From an uncultured Desulfarculus sp. (lineage in GTDB: Bacteria; Desulfobacterota; Desulfarculia; Desulfarculales; Desulfarculaceae), in contig CAXXUK010000001.1 of NCBI GenBank assembly GCA_963665125.2, positions 2,528,001 through 2,592,000 of the forward strand: a DNA stretch of 64,000 bases. Reading direction: 5' to 3'. The notes below the pieces were generated by a model, which ran no database searches, was not told the DNA's origin, and saw only the letters and a list, made by a program, of their open reading frames with translations. The position numbers and the translations under genes are program-made. This document shows, one piece after another, positions 19,728 to 28,847 of the stretch. How positions within the stretch are numbered: the first letter of the stretch is position 1; the number at the start of each line of letters is the position of its first letter.

Positions 19728-20429
19728 TTACTCAATGATGTGATAATCGTCCATGGGCAGACCGAAGCGCACCTCGGCGTCCGAGGGCCGGCAGTAATTG
19801 GGCCGGACGGCCTCGGGAGCCACGCCTTGCCCACTGGCCAGGCGCTGATGGCCGATGAGAGCCAACAGACCGGGACGGGGCAGATCCATCCAGCGGGGCG
19901 CCAGCACCAGACCATGGTCAAGTCCTTCGGGCAGCAGCCGGGCGCCGGGCCCCACCAGGGTCGCAGGAGCCTCCAGCATGGGCAGCAGCCGCTCCGGACT
20001 GACGGCGAAATCGTATTCGCTGACCCTGTCCAGGCCATAGTCTTCGGCCCGGAAACAAGCCGCGTACAACAGGCCCCGCCGGGCGTCGCCTATGGCCCAG
20101 ACCAGGCCGTCGCGCACGGCGGCGCCATGGGCCAGCAGGCGCAGGCTGCTCACCCCGGCCATGGGTGCATCCAGCCCCAGGGCCAGTCCCTGGGCCGTGG
20201 CCAGGCCGATGCGCAGGCCGGTGAAAAAACCCGGCCCAACGGTGGCGGCCACGCCGCCTATTTCCTCCCGCTGTCTGCCGGTCTGTTCAAGCAGATAATC
20301 CACCGCCGACAACAGCCGCCGGGAATGGGTGGTCGAGGCGTTGAGCATTACCTCGCCCAACAGCTCGCCGTCCTGGGCCAGGGCCACGCCCCCCGCCTGA
20401 AAGCATGTATCCAGGGCAACGGTGAGCAA
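19728..20429 (-). CDS. tsaB: t6A biosynthesis protein TsaB
   Basis: ALDT, THSRRLL, GPGFFTGLRIG, DARRG, PNYCRPSDAE. Confidence 0.9.
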   Translation of the reverse strand: MLTVALDTCFQAGGVALAQDGELLGEVMLNASTTHSRRLLSAVDYLLEQTGRQREEIGGVAATVGPGFFTGLRIGLATAQGLALGLDAPMAGVSSLRLLAHGAAVRDGLVWAIGDARRGLLYAACFRAEDYGLDRVSEYDFAVSPERLLPMLEAPATLVGPGARLLPEGLDHGLVLAPRWMDLPRPGLLALIGHQRLASGQGVAPEAVRPNYCRPSDAEVRFGLPMDDYHIIE

Positions 20430-20443
20430 ACTTCAGACCCCCA

Positions 20444-21526
20444 TCAATTGAACAGTCCCTCAAACATCTTCAGACGGTTGAGGTCGTTCCATATCACAAA
20501 GACCATCAGGCTGAGCAGGATAATAACGCCGACCTGCTGGATGCGCTCGCGCACGGCGATGGACACCGGCCGGCGGATGATGGCCTCAACCAAGAAGACC
20601 AGCAGATGCCCGCCATCCAGGGCCGGGATGGGCAAAAGGTTCAACACGGCCAAGTTCACCGAAATAATCGCCGCGAAGGCCAGCAGGGTGTCCAGGCCCT
20701 TGCGGGCGGCCTCCCCCGCCACCTGGGCGATGTATATCGGCCCGCCCAGTTGATCGCGGCTCACCTTGCCGCTGATGATCTTGCCCACGCTGGTGATGAT
20801 CAGGTGGCTGGCGTTCCAGGTGCTTTCCAGGGCCTTGCCCATGGACTCGATGGGCCCGTAGCTGACATGGAACGTCTGGCCCGAGGCCCCCAGGCCGATC
20901 TGGTAGATTTCAATGGTGTCGCCAAACAGGTCCTGGACCTGCACTGTCTTGGGCGTAATGCGTAGCGTCAGCTCTTGGCCGTTGCGGTCGATGAGCAACT
21001 CGACCGGCTTGCCGCCGCTAAGGCGCACGGCCTCCCGGAGTTGGTCCCAGCGGTCGATGGGCGCGCCATTGACAGTCTTGACCACATCGCCGGTCTGGGC
21101 GCCGGCGGCCTGGGCGGGCATATCGGCGATCACCTCGCCAACCACGGGCGACAGCACGGGCTGGCCCCAGACAATGGCCAAGATGTAGTAGGCCACCACG
21201 GCCAGGGCCACGTTGGACAAGGGCCCGGCGGCCACGATGATCATGCGTTTCCACACGCTCTTATGGCTGAAGCTGCGGGCCTCTTCTTCGGGCGTAACTT
21301 CCTCGGTGGGGTTTTCGCCGACCATCTTGACAAAGCCGCCCAGGGGTATGGCCGAGATGCGGTAGTCGGTCTCGCCGACGCGCTTGCCGAAAAGCCGCGG
21401 CCCAAAGCCCAGGCTGAAGGTCTGCACCCCCACGCCAGCCCATTTGGCGGCCGCGAAGTGCCCCAACTCATGCACGAAAATCAATACGCCCAGGACGACC
21501 ACCGCACTGATTATGGTTACCAGCAT
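20444..21526 (-). CDS. rseP: RIP metalloprotease RseP
   Basis: HELGH, FSLGFG, PLGGFVKM, PDZ domain, NLLPIPALDGG. Confidence 0.94.
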   Translation of the reverse strand: MLVTIISAVVVLGVLIFVHELGHFAAAKWAGVGVQTFSLGFGPRLFGKRVGETDYRISAIPLGGFVKMVGENPTEEVTPEEEARSFSHKSVWKRMIIVAAGPLSNVALAVVAYYILAIVWGQPVLSPVVGEVIADMPAQAAGAQTGDVVKTVNGAPIDRWDQLREAVRLSGGKPVELLIDRNGQELTLRITPKTVQVQDLFGDTIEIYQIGLGASGQTFHVSYGPIESMGKALESTWNASHLIITSVGKIISGKVSRDQLGGPIYIAQVAGEAARKGLDTLLAFAAIISVNLAVLNLLPIPALDGGHLLVFLVEAIIRRPVSIAVRERIQQVGVIILLSLMVFVIWNDLNRLKMFEGLFN

Positions 21527-21527
21527 G

Positions 21528-22700
21528 CTATCTAGTCCTCCTGTCGAGCCATTGAGCGGCGTCTTGGCGGGCCTTCCTGTCGGCCTCCAGGACCGCGCCC
21601 ACGCTGCTGGCCGGTCCGCCTCCATGGTTCTGCAAGACCTGCTCCACGCAGGCCGGAATATCCAAAAATCCTATGCCGCCCGCCAGAAAACGGGCCACGG
21701 CCACTTCGTTGGCCGCGTTAAGCACCGCCGGGGCCAGGCCGCCCGCCCTGCCCGCCTCGAAGGCCAGGCCCAAGGCCGAGAAGCGCTCAAAGTCCGGCTC
21801 CTCGAAGGTCAGCGATCCCATGGCCAGGGGGTCGAGCTTCCTGCCGGGCACCGGATAGCGCCGGGGGTGGCTCAGGGCCACGGCGATGGGCAGGCGCATG
21901 TCCGGCGGGCCCAGCTGGGCCATGAAGTTGCCGTCCACGAACTCGACCATGGAATGGACCATGGACTGGGGGTGGACCACAACCCGGATATTTTCATAAG
22001 GCTGGTCAAACAGCCAATGGGCCTCGATGACTTCCAGGCCCTTGTTCATCAATGTCGCCGAGTCGATGGTGATCTTGGGCCCCATGGACCAGTTGGGGTG
22101 GTCCAGGGCCATTTCCGGCGTGACCTTGGCCATGCGCTCGGTGGATGTCTTGCGGAAGGGCCCGCCGCTGGCCGTCAGCCAGATCCGGGCCACGTCGGCG
22201 GGGTCTCCAGCCATCAGGCACTGGAAGATGGCCGAGTGTTCGCTGTCCACCGGCAGGATGGCCGCGCCGCTTTGGCGGGCCGCGTCCATGACCAGCTCGC
22301 CGCCGGCCACCAGGGTTTCCTTGTTGGCCAGGGCGATGTCGGCCCCGGATTTTACGGCGGCCAGGGTGGGCATCAGTCCGGCGGCCCCGACCATGGCCGA
22401 CAGGACCATGTCCGCGCCGCAGCCGGCGGCGGCCTCCAGGTAGCCTTCGGCCCCGTGGACGATCTGCACGCCGGTGTCGAGCTTCAAGAGGCCCTTGAGT
22501 TCCTTGGCGGCCTCGGCGGTGGCCACCGCGGCCAGCTTGGGCCGGAAGGCCTGGATCTGGGAGGCCAGGGCCTCCACGCTGCGGGCGGCCGTCAGGCTGA
22601 CAATCTCGAAGTCGTCGGGCCGGGAACCCACCACATCCAGGGCGCTGAGACCTATGGAGCCCGTGGAACCCAGGATGGCCAGACGCTTTTTCACCACCAA
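21528..22700 (-). CDS. dxr: 1-deoxy-D-xylulose 5-phosphate reductoisomerase
   Basis: LGSTGSIG, ALANKETLV, PVDSEHSA, HPNWSMGPKITIDSATL; true start may be GTG 22694. Confidence 0.96.
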   Translation of the reverse strand: MVVKKRLAILGSTGSIGLSALDVVGSRPDDFEIVSLTAARSVEALASQIQAFRPKLAAVATAEAAKELKGLLKLDTGVQIVHGAEGYLEAAAGCGADMVLSAMVGAAGLMPTLAAVKSGADIALANKETLVAGGELVMDAARQSGAAILPVDSEHSAIFQCLMAGDPADVARIWLTASGGPFRKTSTERMAKVTPEMALDHPNWSMGPKITIDSATLMNKGLEVIEAHWLFDQPYENIRVVVHPQSMVHSMVEFVDGNFMAQLGPPDMRLPIAVALSHPRRYPVPGRKLDPLAMGSLTFEEPDFERFSALGLAFEAGRAGGLAPAVLNAANEVAVARFLAGGIGFLDIPACVEQVLQNHGGGPASSVGAVLEADRKARQDAAQWLDRRTR

Positions 22701-23503
22701 AGCACCCTAATCAGCAAAAAGAGCGGGAAGGCCACCATATGACCGTCGACGCGGTCCAGAATGCCGCCGTGGCCCGGCAGGATGCCGCCGGAGTCCTTTA
22801 CCCCGGCCTGACGCTTCATGGCCGACTCAAGCAGGTCGCCCAATACGCTGGCGCCGCCCAGCACCGCGCCCAACACAGCACCCATCCACCACATGGTGTC
22901 CGGCACCCAGATCGACACGAAAACGGCGCCAACCACCGCGGCCAATAGCAGTCCGCCGCCCAGGCCCTCGATGGTCTTGCCCGGTGAAAGGCGGGGAGCC
23001 AGCTTGTGCCTGCCGAATTGATGGCCCGCGAAATAGGCCCCCACATCGGCGGCGGCAACGCAGATGATGCTGTACATGATCAGGGCCCGGCCGTTTTCCA
23101 TGGCTCCGATAACCAGCAGAGTAGCCAACAATCCGCCGCAGTAAACCGCCGCCCAGCCCAGACGGGGCATGCGCTCCCAGGCCATGTCCAGGTCCTGGAT
23201 GGACAGGATGGCGGCTATGGCTATGGCCAAAAAGCCCACGGCGAATCCGGCGGCCAGGCCCGAGCCGCCCCATACCGCGCAGACCGGCAGCAGTGCGGCC
23301 ACGGCAAGGGAGACGATCTCCAAAACGCCCCATTTTACGGGGCTGGTCATGCGCATCTGTTCCCACATGGCCAGGCCGGCCACCAAGGCCACCACCACCC
23401 CAAGCCAGGCCAGGGGGGCCATGGTTATCACGAATATTATGGCAATGATAAGCGGAAGGCCGGTGGCCACCCTCACGCCCAGGCCCGACCAATTAGCGGC
23501 CAT
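22691..23503 (-). CDS. cdsA: Phosphatidate cytidylyltransferase
   Basis: Multi-TM; DVGAYFAG, SPGKTIEG, GDLLESAMKR..KDSG.ILPGHGGILDRVD. Confidence 0.93.
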   Translation of the reverse strand: MAANWSGLGVRVATGLPLIIAIIFVITMAPLAWLGVVVALVAGLAMWEQMRMTSPVKWGVLEIVSLAVAALLPVCAVWGGSGLAAGFAVGFLAIAIAAILSIQDLDMAWERMPRLGWAAVYCGGLLATLLVIGAMENGRALIMYSIICVAAADVGAYFAGHQFGRHKLAPRLSPGKTIEGLGGGLLLAAVVGAVFVSIWVPDTMWWMGAVLGAVLGGASVLGDLLESAMKRQAGVKDSGGILPGHGGILDRVDGHMVAFPLFLLIRVLWW

Positions 23504-24269
23504 TATCAGCCTCCCGCACCTGTTCGCCGGTCTGGCCGAAGCGCCGCTGGCGGCTGGCATACTCCGCCAGGGCCTGTTTCAGCTGGTCCTCGCGGAAATC
23601 CGGGAAATAGGTGTCGGTGAAGTAAAACTCGGCATAGGCGATCTGCCACAGCAGGAAATTGCTTATCCTAAGTTCGCCGCTGGTGCGGATCAGAAAGTCC
23701 ACGTCGGGCAGGCCGGTGGTGTATAGGCTGTCGGCAAAGGCCTTTTCATCAATGGCCTCGGGGTCGATCTCGCCCGATTTGGCCCGTCTGGCCAGTTTGC
23801 GGGCCGCCTCGGTCAGCTCCTGCTGGCCGCCGTAGGACAGGGCCAGGGTCAGAACCATGCTCTTGCAGTGTGCCGTGTCGGCCATGACCTGCCGGAGGCT
23901 CTTGCGGGCGCTGTCGGGGAGCTTATGCAATGAACCGATGGCATTGAGGCGGATGTCCTGGTCCAGCATTTCCTTGCGCTCGCCCTTTAAAAACCGCATC
24001 AACAGTTTCCACAGGGCCGCGACCTCGGCCTTGGGACGGGCCCAGTTTTCTTCGCTGAAGGCGTAGAGAGTCAGGGCCTGGATACCCAGCTTGCGGCAGG
24101 TGCGAACCACGGCCCGCACGCTTTCTGCGCCCTGTTCATGGCCCTTTACCCGGGGCAAATCGCGCCGCTGGGCCCAGCGGCCGTTGCCGTCCATGATCAC
24201 GGCCACATGCCGGGGCAGGCTACGGGAGTCCAGGGCTTCCGGTTCGTTGGAATCAGACAATTTGTTCAT
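23493..24269 (-). CDS. uppS: Undecaprenyl diphosphate synthase
   Basis: HVAVIMDGNGRWA, YAFSEENW, IRTSGELRISNFLLWQ. Confidence 0.96.
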   Translation of the reverse strand: MNKLSDSNEPEALDSRSLPRHVAVIMDGNGRWAQRRDLPRVKGHEQGAESVRAVVRTCRKLGIQALTLYAFSEENWARPKAEVAALWKLLMRFLKGERKEMLDQDIRLNAIGSLHKLPDSARKSLRQVMADTAHCKSMVLTLALSYGGQQELTEAARKLARRAKSGEIDPEAIDEKAFADSLYTTGLPDVDFLIRTSGELRISNFLLWQIAYAEFYFTDTYFPDFREDQLKQALAEYASRQRRFGQTGEQVREADNGR

Positions 24270-24296
24270 CCAATGAGCATCATGGCATGCGTTCTT

Positions 24297-24854
24297 CTAG
24301 AACTCCATGATTTCCTTTTCTTTTTCCGCCATGGCCTCATCGACCTTCTTGACATAGTCGTCGGTGAGTTTTTGCACTTCGTCCTGGGCCCGGAAAGATT
24401 CGTCCTCGCTTATGTCGCCCTCTTTCTTGAGCTCCTTGAGCATTTCATTGGCATCGCGGCGGGCGGCGCGCACGGCGACCTTGGTCTCCTCGCCCATCTT
24501 GCGCACGACCTTGACCAGCTCCTTGCGGCGCTCCTCGGTCAGCGGCGGAATAGCGATACGCACGATTTTTCCGTCGTTCTGGGGAGTCAGGCCCAGATCG
24601 CTGGCCAGAATGGCCTTCTCAATGGCTCCACAGGTGCTGGGGTCCCAGGGCTGGATCACGATAAGCCGGGCCTCGGGGATGGAAACGCTGGCCATCTGGT
24701 TCAGCGGGGTGGGCGCGCCGTAGTAGTCGGCGCGAACCGGCTCCAGCAGCGCCGGAGTGGCCCGGCCCGTGCGTACGCGGTTGAAATCGCGGCCCAAGGC
24801 CTCCAGAGCCTTTACCATGCGTTCTTTGGCTTCGTTTTTAACATCGTCTATCAT
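24297..24854 (-). CDS. frr: Ribosome recycling factor
   Basis: RTGRATP, PPLTEERRKEL, RRDAN. Confidence 0.97.
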   Translation of the reverse strand: MIDDVKNEAKERMVKALEALGRDFNRVRTGRATPALLEPVRADYYGAPTPLNQMASVSIPEARLIVIQPWDPSTCGAIEKAILASDLGLTPQNDGKIVRIAIPPLTEERRKELVKVVRKMGEETKVAVRAARRDANEMLKELKKEGDISEDESFRAQDEVQKLTDDYVKKVDEAMAEKEKEIMEF

Positions 24855-24856
24855 GG

Positions 24857-25576
24857 TTAACCCTCCACCCGGGAGCCCAGGTTTTCACCCATCAAGACCC
24901 GTTTGATGTTTCCGGCCTTCATCAGGTCGAAAACGATCACCGGCAGATCATTGTCACCAGCCAGGCTGATGGCCGTGGCGTCCATGAACTTGAGGTGCCT
25001 GGTCAGTACGTCGTCATAGGTCAGATTGTCGATTTTTTTGGCATTGGGATTGGTTACAGGGTCCGAGTCGTAGATGCCGTCGACCTTGGTGGCCTTTAAA
25101 AGGACCTCGGCCCCGATCTCCTTGGCCCTGAGGGCCGCGGCGGTGTCGGTGCTGAAAAAGGGGTTGCCGGTACCGGCGGCGAAGATGATCAGCCGGTCTT
25201 TTTCCATATGTCGCATGGCCCGGCGGCGGATATACGGCTCTGCCGCCTGGGGGATGGTGATGGCGCTCATCACCCTGGTGGCTATGCCATTTTGCTCCAA
25301 GGAGTCCTGCAAGGCCAGCGAGTTGATCACCGTGGCCAGCATGCCCATGTGGTCCGCCTGGACCCGGTCCATGCCCTTGGCGCTGTCGCTGACGCCGCGG
25401 AAGATGTTGCCGCCGCCGATGACGATGCCGATCCGGACGCCGAGATCCAAGGCCTGGGCCAGTTCATCGGCCACGTATGACAAAACCTTGGGTGCAATGC
25501 CGAACGGGGCGTCGCCCATCAGGGCTTCACCGGAGAGCTTCAGCAGCACCCGTTTGAAAGCAGCCTCTTGAGCCAC
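24857..25576 (-). CDS. pyrH: UMP kinase
   Basis: [35 protein letters not shown]. Confidence 0.97.
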   Translation of the reverse strand: MAQEAAFKRVLLKLSGEALMGDAPFGIAPKVLSYVADELAQALDLGVRIGIVIGGGNIFRGVSDSAKGMDRVQADHMGMLATVINSLALQDSLEQNGIATRVMSAITIPQAAEPYIRRRAMRHMEKDRLIIFAAGTGNPFFSTDTAAALRAKEIGAEVLLKATKVDGIYDSDPVTNPNAKKIDNLTYDDVLTRHLKFMDATAISLAGDNDLPVIVFDLMKAGNIKRVLMGENLGSRVEG

Positions 25577-25736
25577 AAAAACCTCCCTGCCTTTGTTGGT
25601 GGCACGCCGCCTACACGGGGCCGCGGCATGCGAAAGCCGCCGAACGCACAGCCGGCGTCCGGCGGCCGCTTTGTAATGATAGGCTTTTGCGGCGAAAAAT
25701 GCCAGAGCGGGTGCGTCTCCAGCCTACAAATTCGGG

Positions 25737-26336
25737 CTAGGACCTTTCGCCCAGCACAAAACGGGAGAAACGGCCGATCTGTACGTTCTCGCCTGTCTTG
25801 GCCCGCAGTTCGTTGAGCAGGTCGCCGATGGTCAGGTCGTTGTCCTTGACGAACGGCTGATTGATCAGGCACGACTCGGTGGCGAACTTCTTGAGCTTGC
25901 CCTCGATGATCTTTTCCAGAATTTTTTCGGGCTTGCCCTGGTCCAGAGCCTGCTGCTTGTAGATCTCGCGCTCGCGCTCGATCATGGCCGGGTCAAGGTC
26001 TTCCTCGTTGATGCACAGCGGAGCCGCGGCGGCGATGTGCATGGCCAGGTCCTTGCAGAAGGTCGTGAAGTCGTCGGTCTTGGCGCTGAAGTCGGTCTCG
26101 CAGTTGACCTCCACCAATACGCCGAGCTTGCCACCGGCGTGGATGTAGCTGTAGACCTGGCCCTCGGTGGCTTCGCGGTCGCCACGCTTGGCCGCAACGC
26201 TAAGGCCCTTTTGGCGCAGCCAGTCAACGGCCTTTTCAAAGTCGCCGTCGCACTCTTGCAGGGCTTTTTTGCAGTCCATCATTCCGGCGCTGGTTTTCTC
26301 GCGCAGCTTTTTGATCTCGTCAACGGAGATTGCCAC
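25737..26336 (-). CDS. tsf: Elongation factor Ts (short, about 199 aa)
   Basis: LREKTSAGMMDCKKAL, EVNCETDF; GTG start at 26336 after AGGAG. Confidence 0.96.
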   Translation of the reverse strand: MAISVDEIKKLREKTSAGMMDCKKALQECDGDFEKAVDWLRQKGLSVAAKRGDREATEGQVYSYIHAGGKLGVLVEVNCETDFSAKTDDFTTFCKDLAMHIAAAAPLCINEEDLDPAMIEREREIYKQQALDQGKPEKILEKIIEGKLKKFATESCLINQPFVKDNDLTIGDLLNELRAKTGENVQIGRFSRFVLGERS

Positions 26337-26359
26337 TTTCTTCAACTCCTTATCATGGG

Positions 26360-26392
26360 CGGTCCCGGAGCCGGCGCGGCCGTTCCGGGACC
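26360..26392 (-). terminator. rpsB-tsf intergenic hairpin (attenuator or processing stem)
   Basis: GGTCCCGGA...TCCGGGACC stem; no clear U-tract. Confidence 0.45.
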
Positions 26393-26441
26393 GAAATTTA
26401 GATCTCGCATCCAGGTCCGAGTGCCCTTGGGCCTCGGTGGT

Positions 26442-27275
26442 TTACTCGTTGCCCTCGACGGTCTCCTCACCCTTGCGGATGATTTCCGGTCCATCGCTGT
26501 CGGCGCGCCCAACGGTGAGTTCGGGCATGTCGGCGGGCATTTCCATGGCTTCGGGCTTGCCGCCATCGGAATCACGGGAGCCGCGTTCACCGCGCAGGGC
26601 CACGCCCTCGATGGCGGCTTCGGCCATCTTGGAGCACATCAGGCGGATGGCCCGGATGGCGTCGTCGTTGCCGGGGATCACGTAGTCGATTTCGTCGGGA
26701 TCACAGTTGGTGTCAACAATGGCCACCACCGGAATGCCCAAGCGCTTGGCCTCGTTGACCGCGATACGCTCCTTGCGGATGTCGACCACGAAAATCACGC
26801 CGGGCAGCTTGTTCATATCCTTGATGCCGCCCAGGTTGCGCTCGAGCTTTTCCAGCTCCCGGCGCATGCCCATGGCCTCTTTTTTGGGATAGTTGTCAAT
26901 GCTGCCGTCGGCGATCAGCGACTCCAGCCATTTGTAGCGGTCGATGGAGCGCTTGATGGTCTGGAAGTTGGTGAGCATGCCGCCCAGCCAACGGTGGTTG
27001 ACATAGTACATGCCCGAGCGGTTGGCCTCTTCGACAACGATGTCGGCGGCCTGGCGCTTGGTGCCCACGAAAAGCAGATCGCCGCCCCGGGCCACGCTCT
27101 TGACCACGACGTCATAGGCCGAACGGAACATTTTCACGGTTTTTTGCAGATCGACGATGTGGATGCCGTTGCGGGCGCCGAAAATGTAAGGACGCATCTT
27201 GGGGTTCCAGCGTCCGGTGTGGTGGCCAAAGTGAACGCCAGCCTCCAGCAACTGCCTCATGGTGACATAAGCCAT
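26442..27275 (-). CDS. rpsB: 30S ribosomal protein S2
   Basis: [35 protein letters not shown]; acidic C-terminal tail. Confidence 0.97.
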   Translation of the reverse strand: MAYVTMRQLLEAGVHFGHHTGRWNPKMRPYIFGARNGIHIVDLQKTVKMFRSAYDVVVKSVARGGDLLFVGTKRQAADIVVEEANRSGMYYVNHRWLGGMLTNFQTIKRSIDRYKWLESLIADGSIDNYPKKEAMGMRRELEKLERNLGGIKDMNKLPGVIFVVDIRKERIAVNEAKRLGIPVVAIVDTNCDPDEIDYVIPGNDDAIRAIRLMCSKMAEAAIEGVALRGERGSRDSDGGKPEAMEMPADMPELTVGRADSDGPEIIRKGEETVEGNE

Positions 27276-27294
27276 TGAATATTCTCCTTTTCTG

Positions 27295-27378
27295 TTTTTC
27301 CTCCGCCTTCGTCGTCCGCATACGCCATACCGGCCAAGGGCCGGCACAGGGCGCGCGTCAAAAGGCGTGTGTGGTTTA
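27295..27378 (-). ncRNA. Probable rpsB (S2/t44-type) leader RNA
   Basis: CACACACGCC...GUGCC...AUGGCG...GGCGGAGG layout typical of rpsB leaders; TTGCGG-N17-TATCTT promoter at 27389-27417. Confidence 0.6.
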
Positions 27379-27477
27379 AAGCCGCAGAAAGATATCACGG
27401 CTTGGCCGAGCCCGCAATATTTCCCGGACTATTTCAAGCAATTGGAACCGATTCGGCGGGCAACCGCCATTGTTTTT

Positions 27478-28230
27478 TCACACCAGCGGGCAGGCGCTGA
27501 CGCAGGCCAGGCAAGTATACATCTGGTGGTCGTCCACCGCCGTCAATTGCACAAGCGTGTCGAGTTCCTCGGCATCCAGGCGCTTTTGGCCCAAAAAGCC
27601 GTTCAACAGCGGGCTGTATGAAGATGCACGCACGCAGGCAACCCTGTCCACCGGACCTCCGCCTTGCAACGCTCTCGCCGGGCAGGCCTCTATGCAGGCC
27701 GTGCAGTCTTCCGGGCAGACCTTGCCGCCCGCCCCGCCGACAACGGTTTCCGGCAAATCGATGGTGGTTACCAGGCCGCCCAAATGCAGCCTCGGCCCAT
27801 ACTGGGGGTGCATCACCAGTCCGTTTTTCCCGATATTGCCCAGACCGCAGGCCTGGGCCATCCGGGCCAGGCTGACAAAGCCCGTGAAGTCGCCTAGCTT
27901 GTGCACGTCAAAGGGGAAACAGCAGGGCACCACCGCTGCCGCATGATCCTCACCCTCAATCAGCGCGGCGAGTTGCGATGCCAGCCAATCCAATTGCCGG
28001 TAGTACAGATTGGCCTGACGCCAGTACATCTTGTTCAGCCGGTCCCCGCTTTTGTATACGCCCCGGGAAACAGGCAGTGCGAAACACAGCATGCCGCGCG
28101 CGCCGGGCAACAGGTCCGCCGGCCTACGGCCCTGAGGCTCCGCGTCAAGGCCCGCCGCGGGCGCCGCGCCGTAGATGGTGATATTGTTGGCGGACATGAA
28201 ATCGTTGATCAAGGACATGACTTGGCGCAT
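27478..28230 (-). CDS. QueG-like (epoxyqueuosine reductase family) 4Fe-4S protein
   Basis: AQACGLGNIGKNGLVMHPQYGPRLHLGGLVT, CPEDCTACIEACP, C-terminal CLACVSACP; GGAGG RBS before ATG 28230. Confidence 0.8.
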   Translation of the reverse strand: MRQVMSLINDFMSANNITIYGAAPAAGLDAEPQGRRPADLLPGARGMLCFALPVSRGVYKSGDRLNKMYWRQANLYYRQLDWLASQLAALIEGEDHAAAVVPCCFPFDVHKLGDFTGFVSLARMAQACGLGNIGKNGLVMHPQYGPRLHLGGLVTTIDLPETVVGGAGGKVCPEDCTACIEACPARALQGGGPVDRVACVRASSYSPLLNGFLGQKRLDAEELDTLVQLTAVDDHQMYTCLACVSACPLV

Positions 28231-28301
28231 GACTAACCTCCCCGCCCGCCGCCGATGCCGTATGTGGCGGCTCATGCGTCGGGGAGGCCCTGCCCCGCGC
28301 C

Positions 28302-28736
28302 TCACGAATCGCCGTAGCGGTCTATCAAACGGTCGAGCATTGAGACAAACGCTTCGAACTCCTGAGGTTCAAAGCCTTCTTGAACGTTTTGGTTGGCCCG
28401 GCCGACGACCTCGGCCGCCCGCCCTGCAAGGTCCCCGCCCTTGTCCGTAATGAAGACCAGGGTGGCCCTGCGGTCGCCGGGGCTGACCCGCCGCTCGATC
28501 AACCCGGCCTTTTCCATGCGGTCGGCCAGCCGAGTCAGGGCGGAGTTGTCCACCCCCACCAGGGCCGCCATCTCGCCTAGCTTGCGGCCGTCGCTTTCCA
28601 TCAGCAGGAACAGCACCGCCGACTGCACGGGCGAGATATCCAACCCCGCTTCGGTCAGGCGCTTGCGCAGATCGCCCAGCAACAGTCTGCTCAGCTTTGA
28701 CACCTGGTTGATGATGCGCTGTTTTTCAGCAGTCAT
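28302..28736 (-). CDS. MarR family transcriptional regulator
   Basis: ISPVQSAVL, DNSALTRLADRMEKAGLIER..PGDRRA..ITDKG winged helix. Confidence 0.9.
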   Translation of the reverse strand: MTAEKQRIINQVSKLSRLLLGDLRKRLTEAGLDISPVQSAVLFLLMESDGRKLGEMAALVGVDNSALTRLADRMEKAGLIERRVSPGDRRATLVFITDKGGDLAGRAAEVVGRANQNVQEGFEPQEFEAFVSMLDRLIDRYGDS

Positions 28737-28775
28737 GACTTTGCACCATATGGCCCATTTCTCGGGCCATGCTTT

Positions 28776-28808
28776 TATTTGACATATCAACTTTTGATAT
28801 GTCAAATA
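28776..28808. promoter_or_regulatory. Perfect 15-bp inverted repeat, probable MarR operator
   Basis: TATTTGACATATCAA-ctt-TTGATATGTCAAATA, 40 bp upstream of the marR start. Confidence 0.75.
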
Positions 28809-28847
28809 TTATCTCAAACTTTTAAGCCGTTTTGATATCCGCTTGGT

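Noticed and set aside
28231..28305. Arg-rich N-terminal extension of the Fe-S protein from GTG 28305, overlapping the marR stop
   Set aside because: A strong GGAGG precedes ATG 28230, and the extension lacks a Tat-type hydrophobic core; not fully excluded
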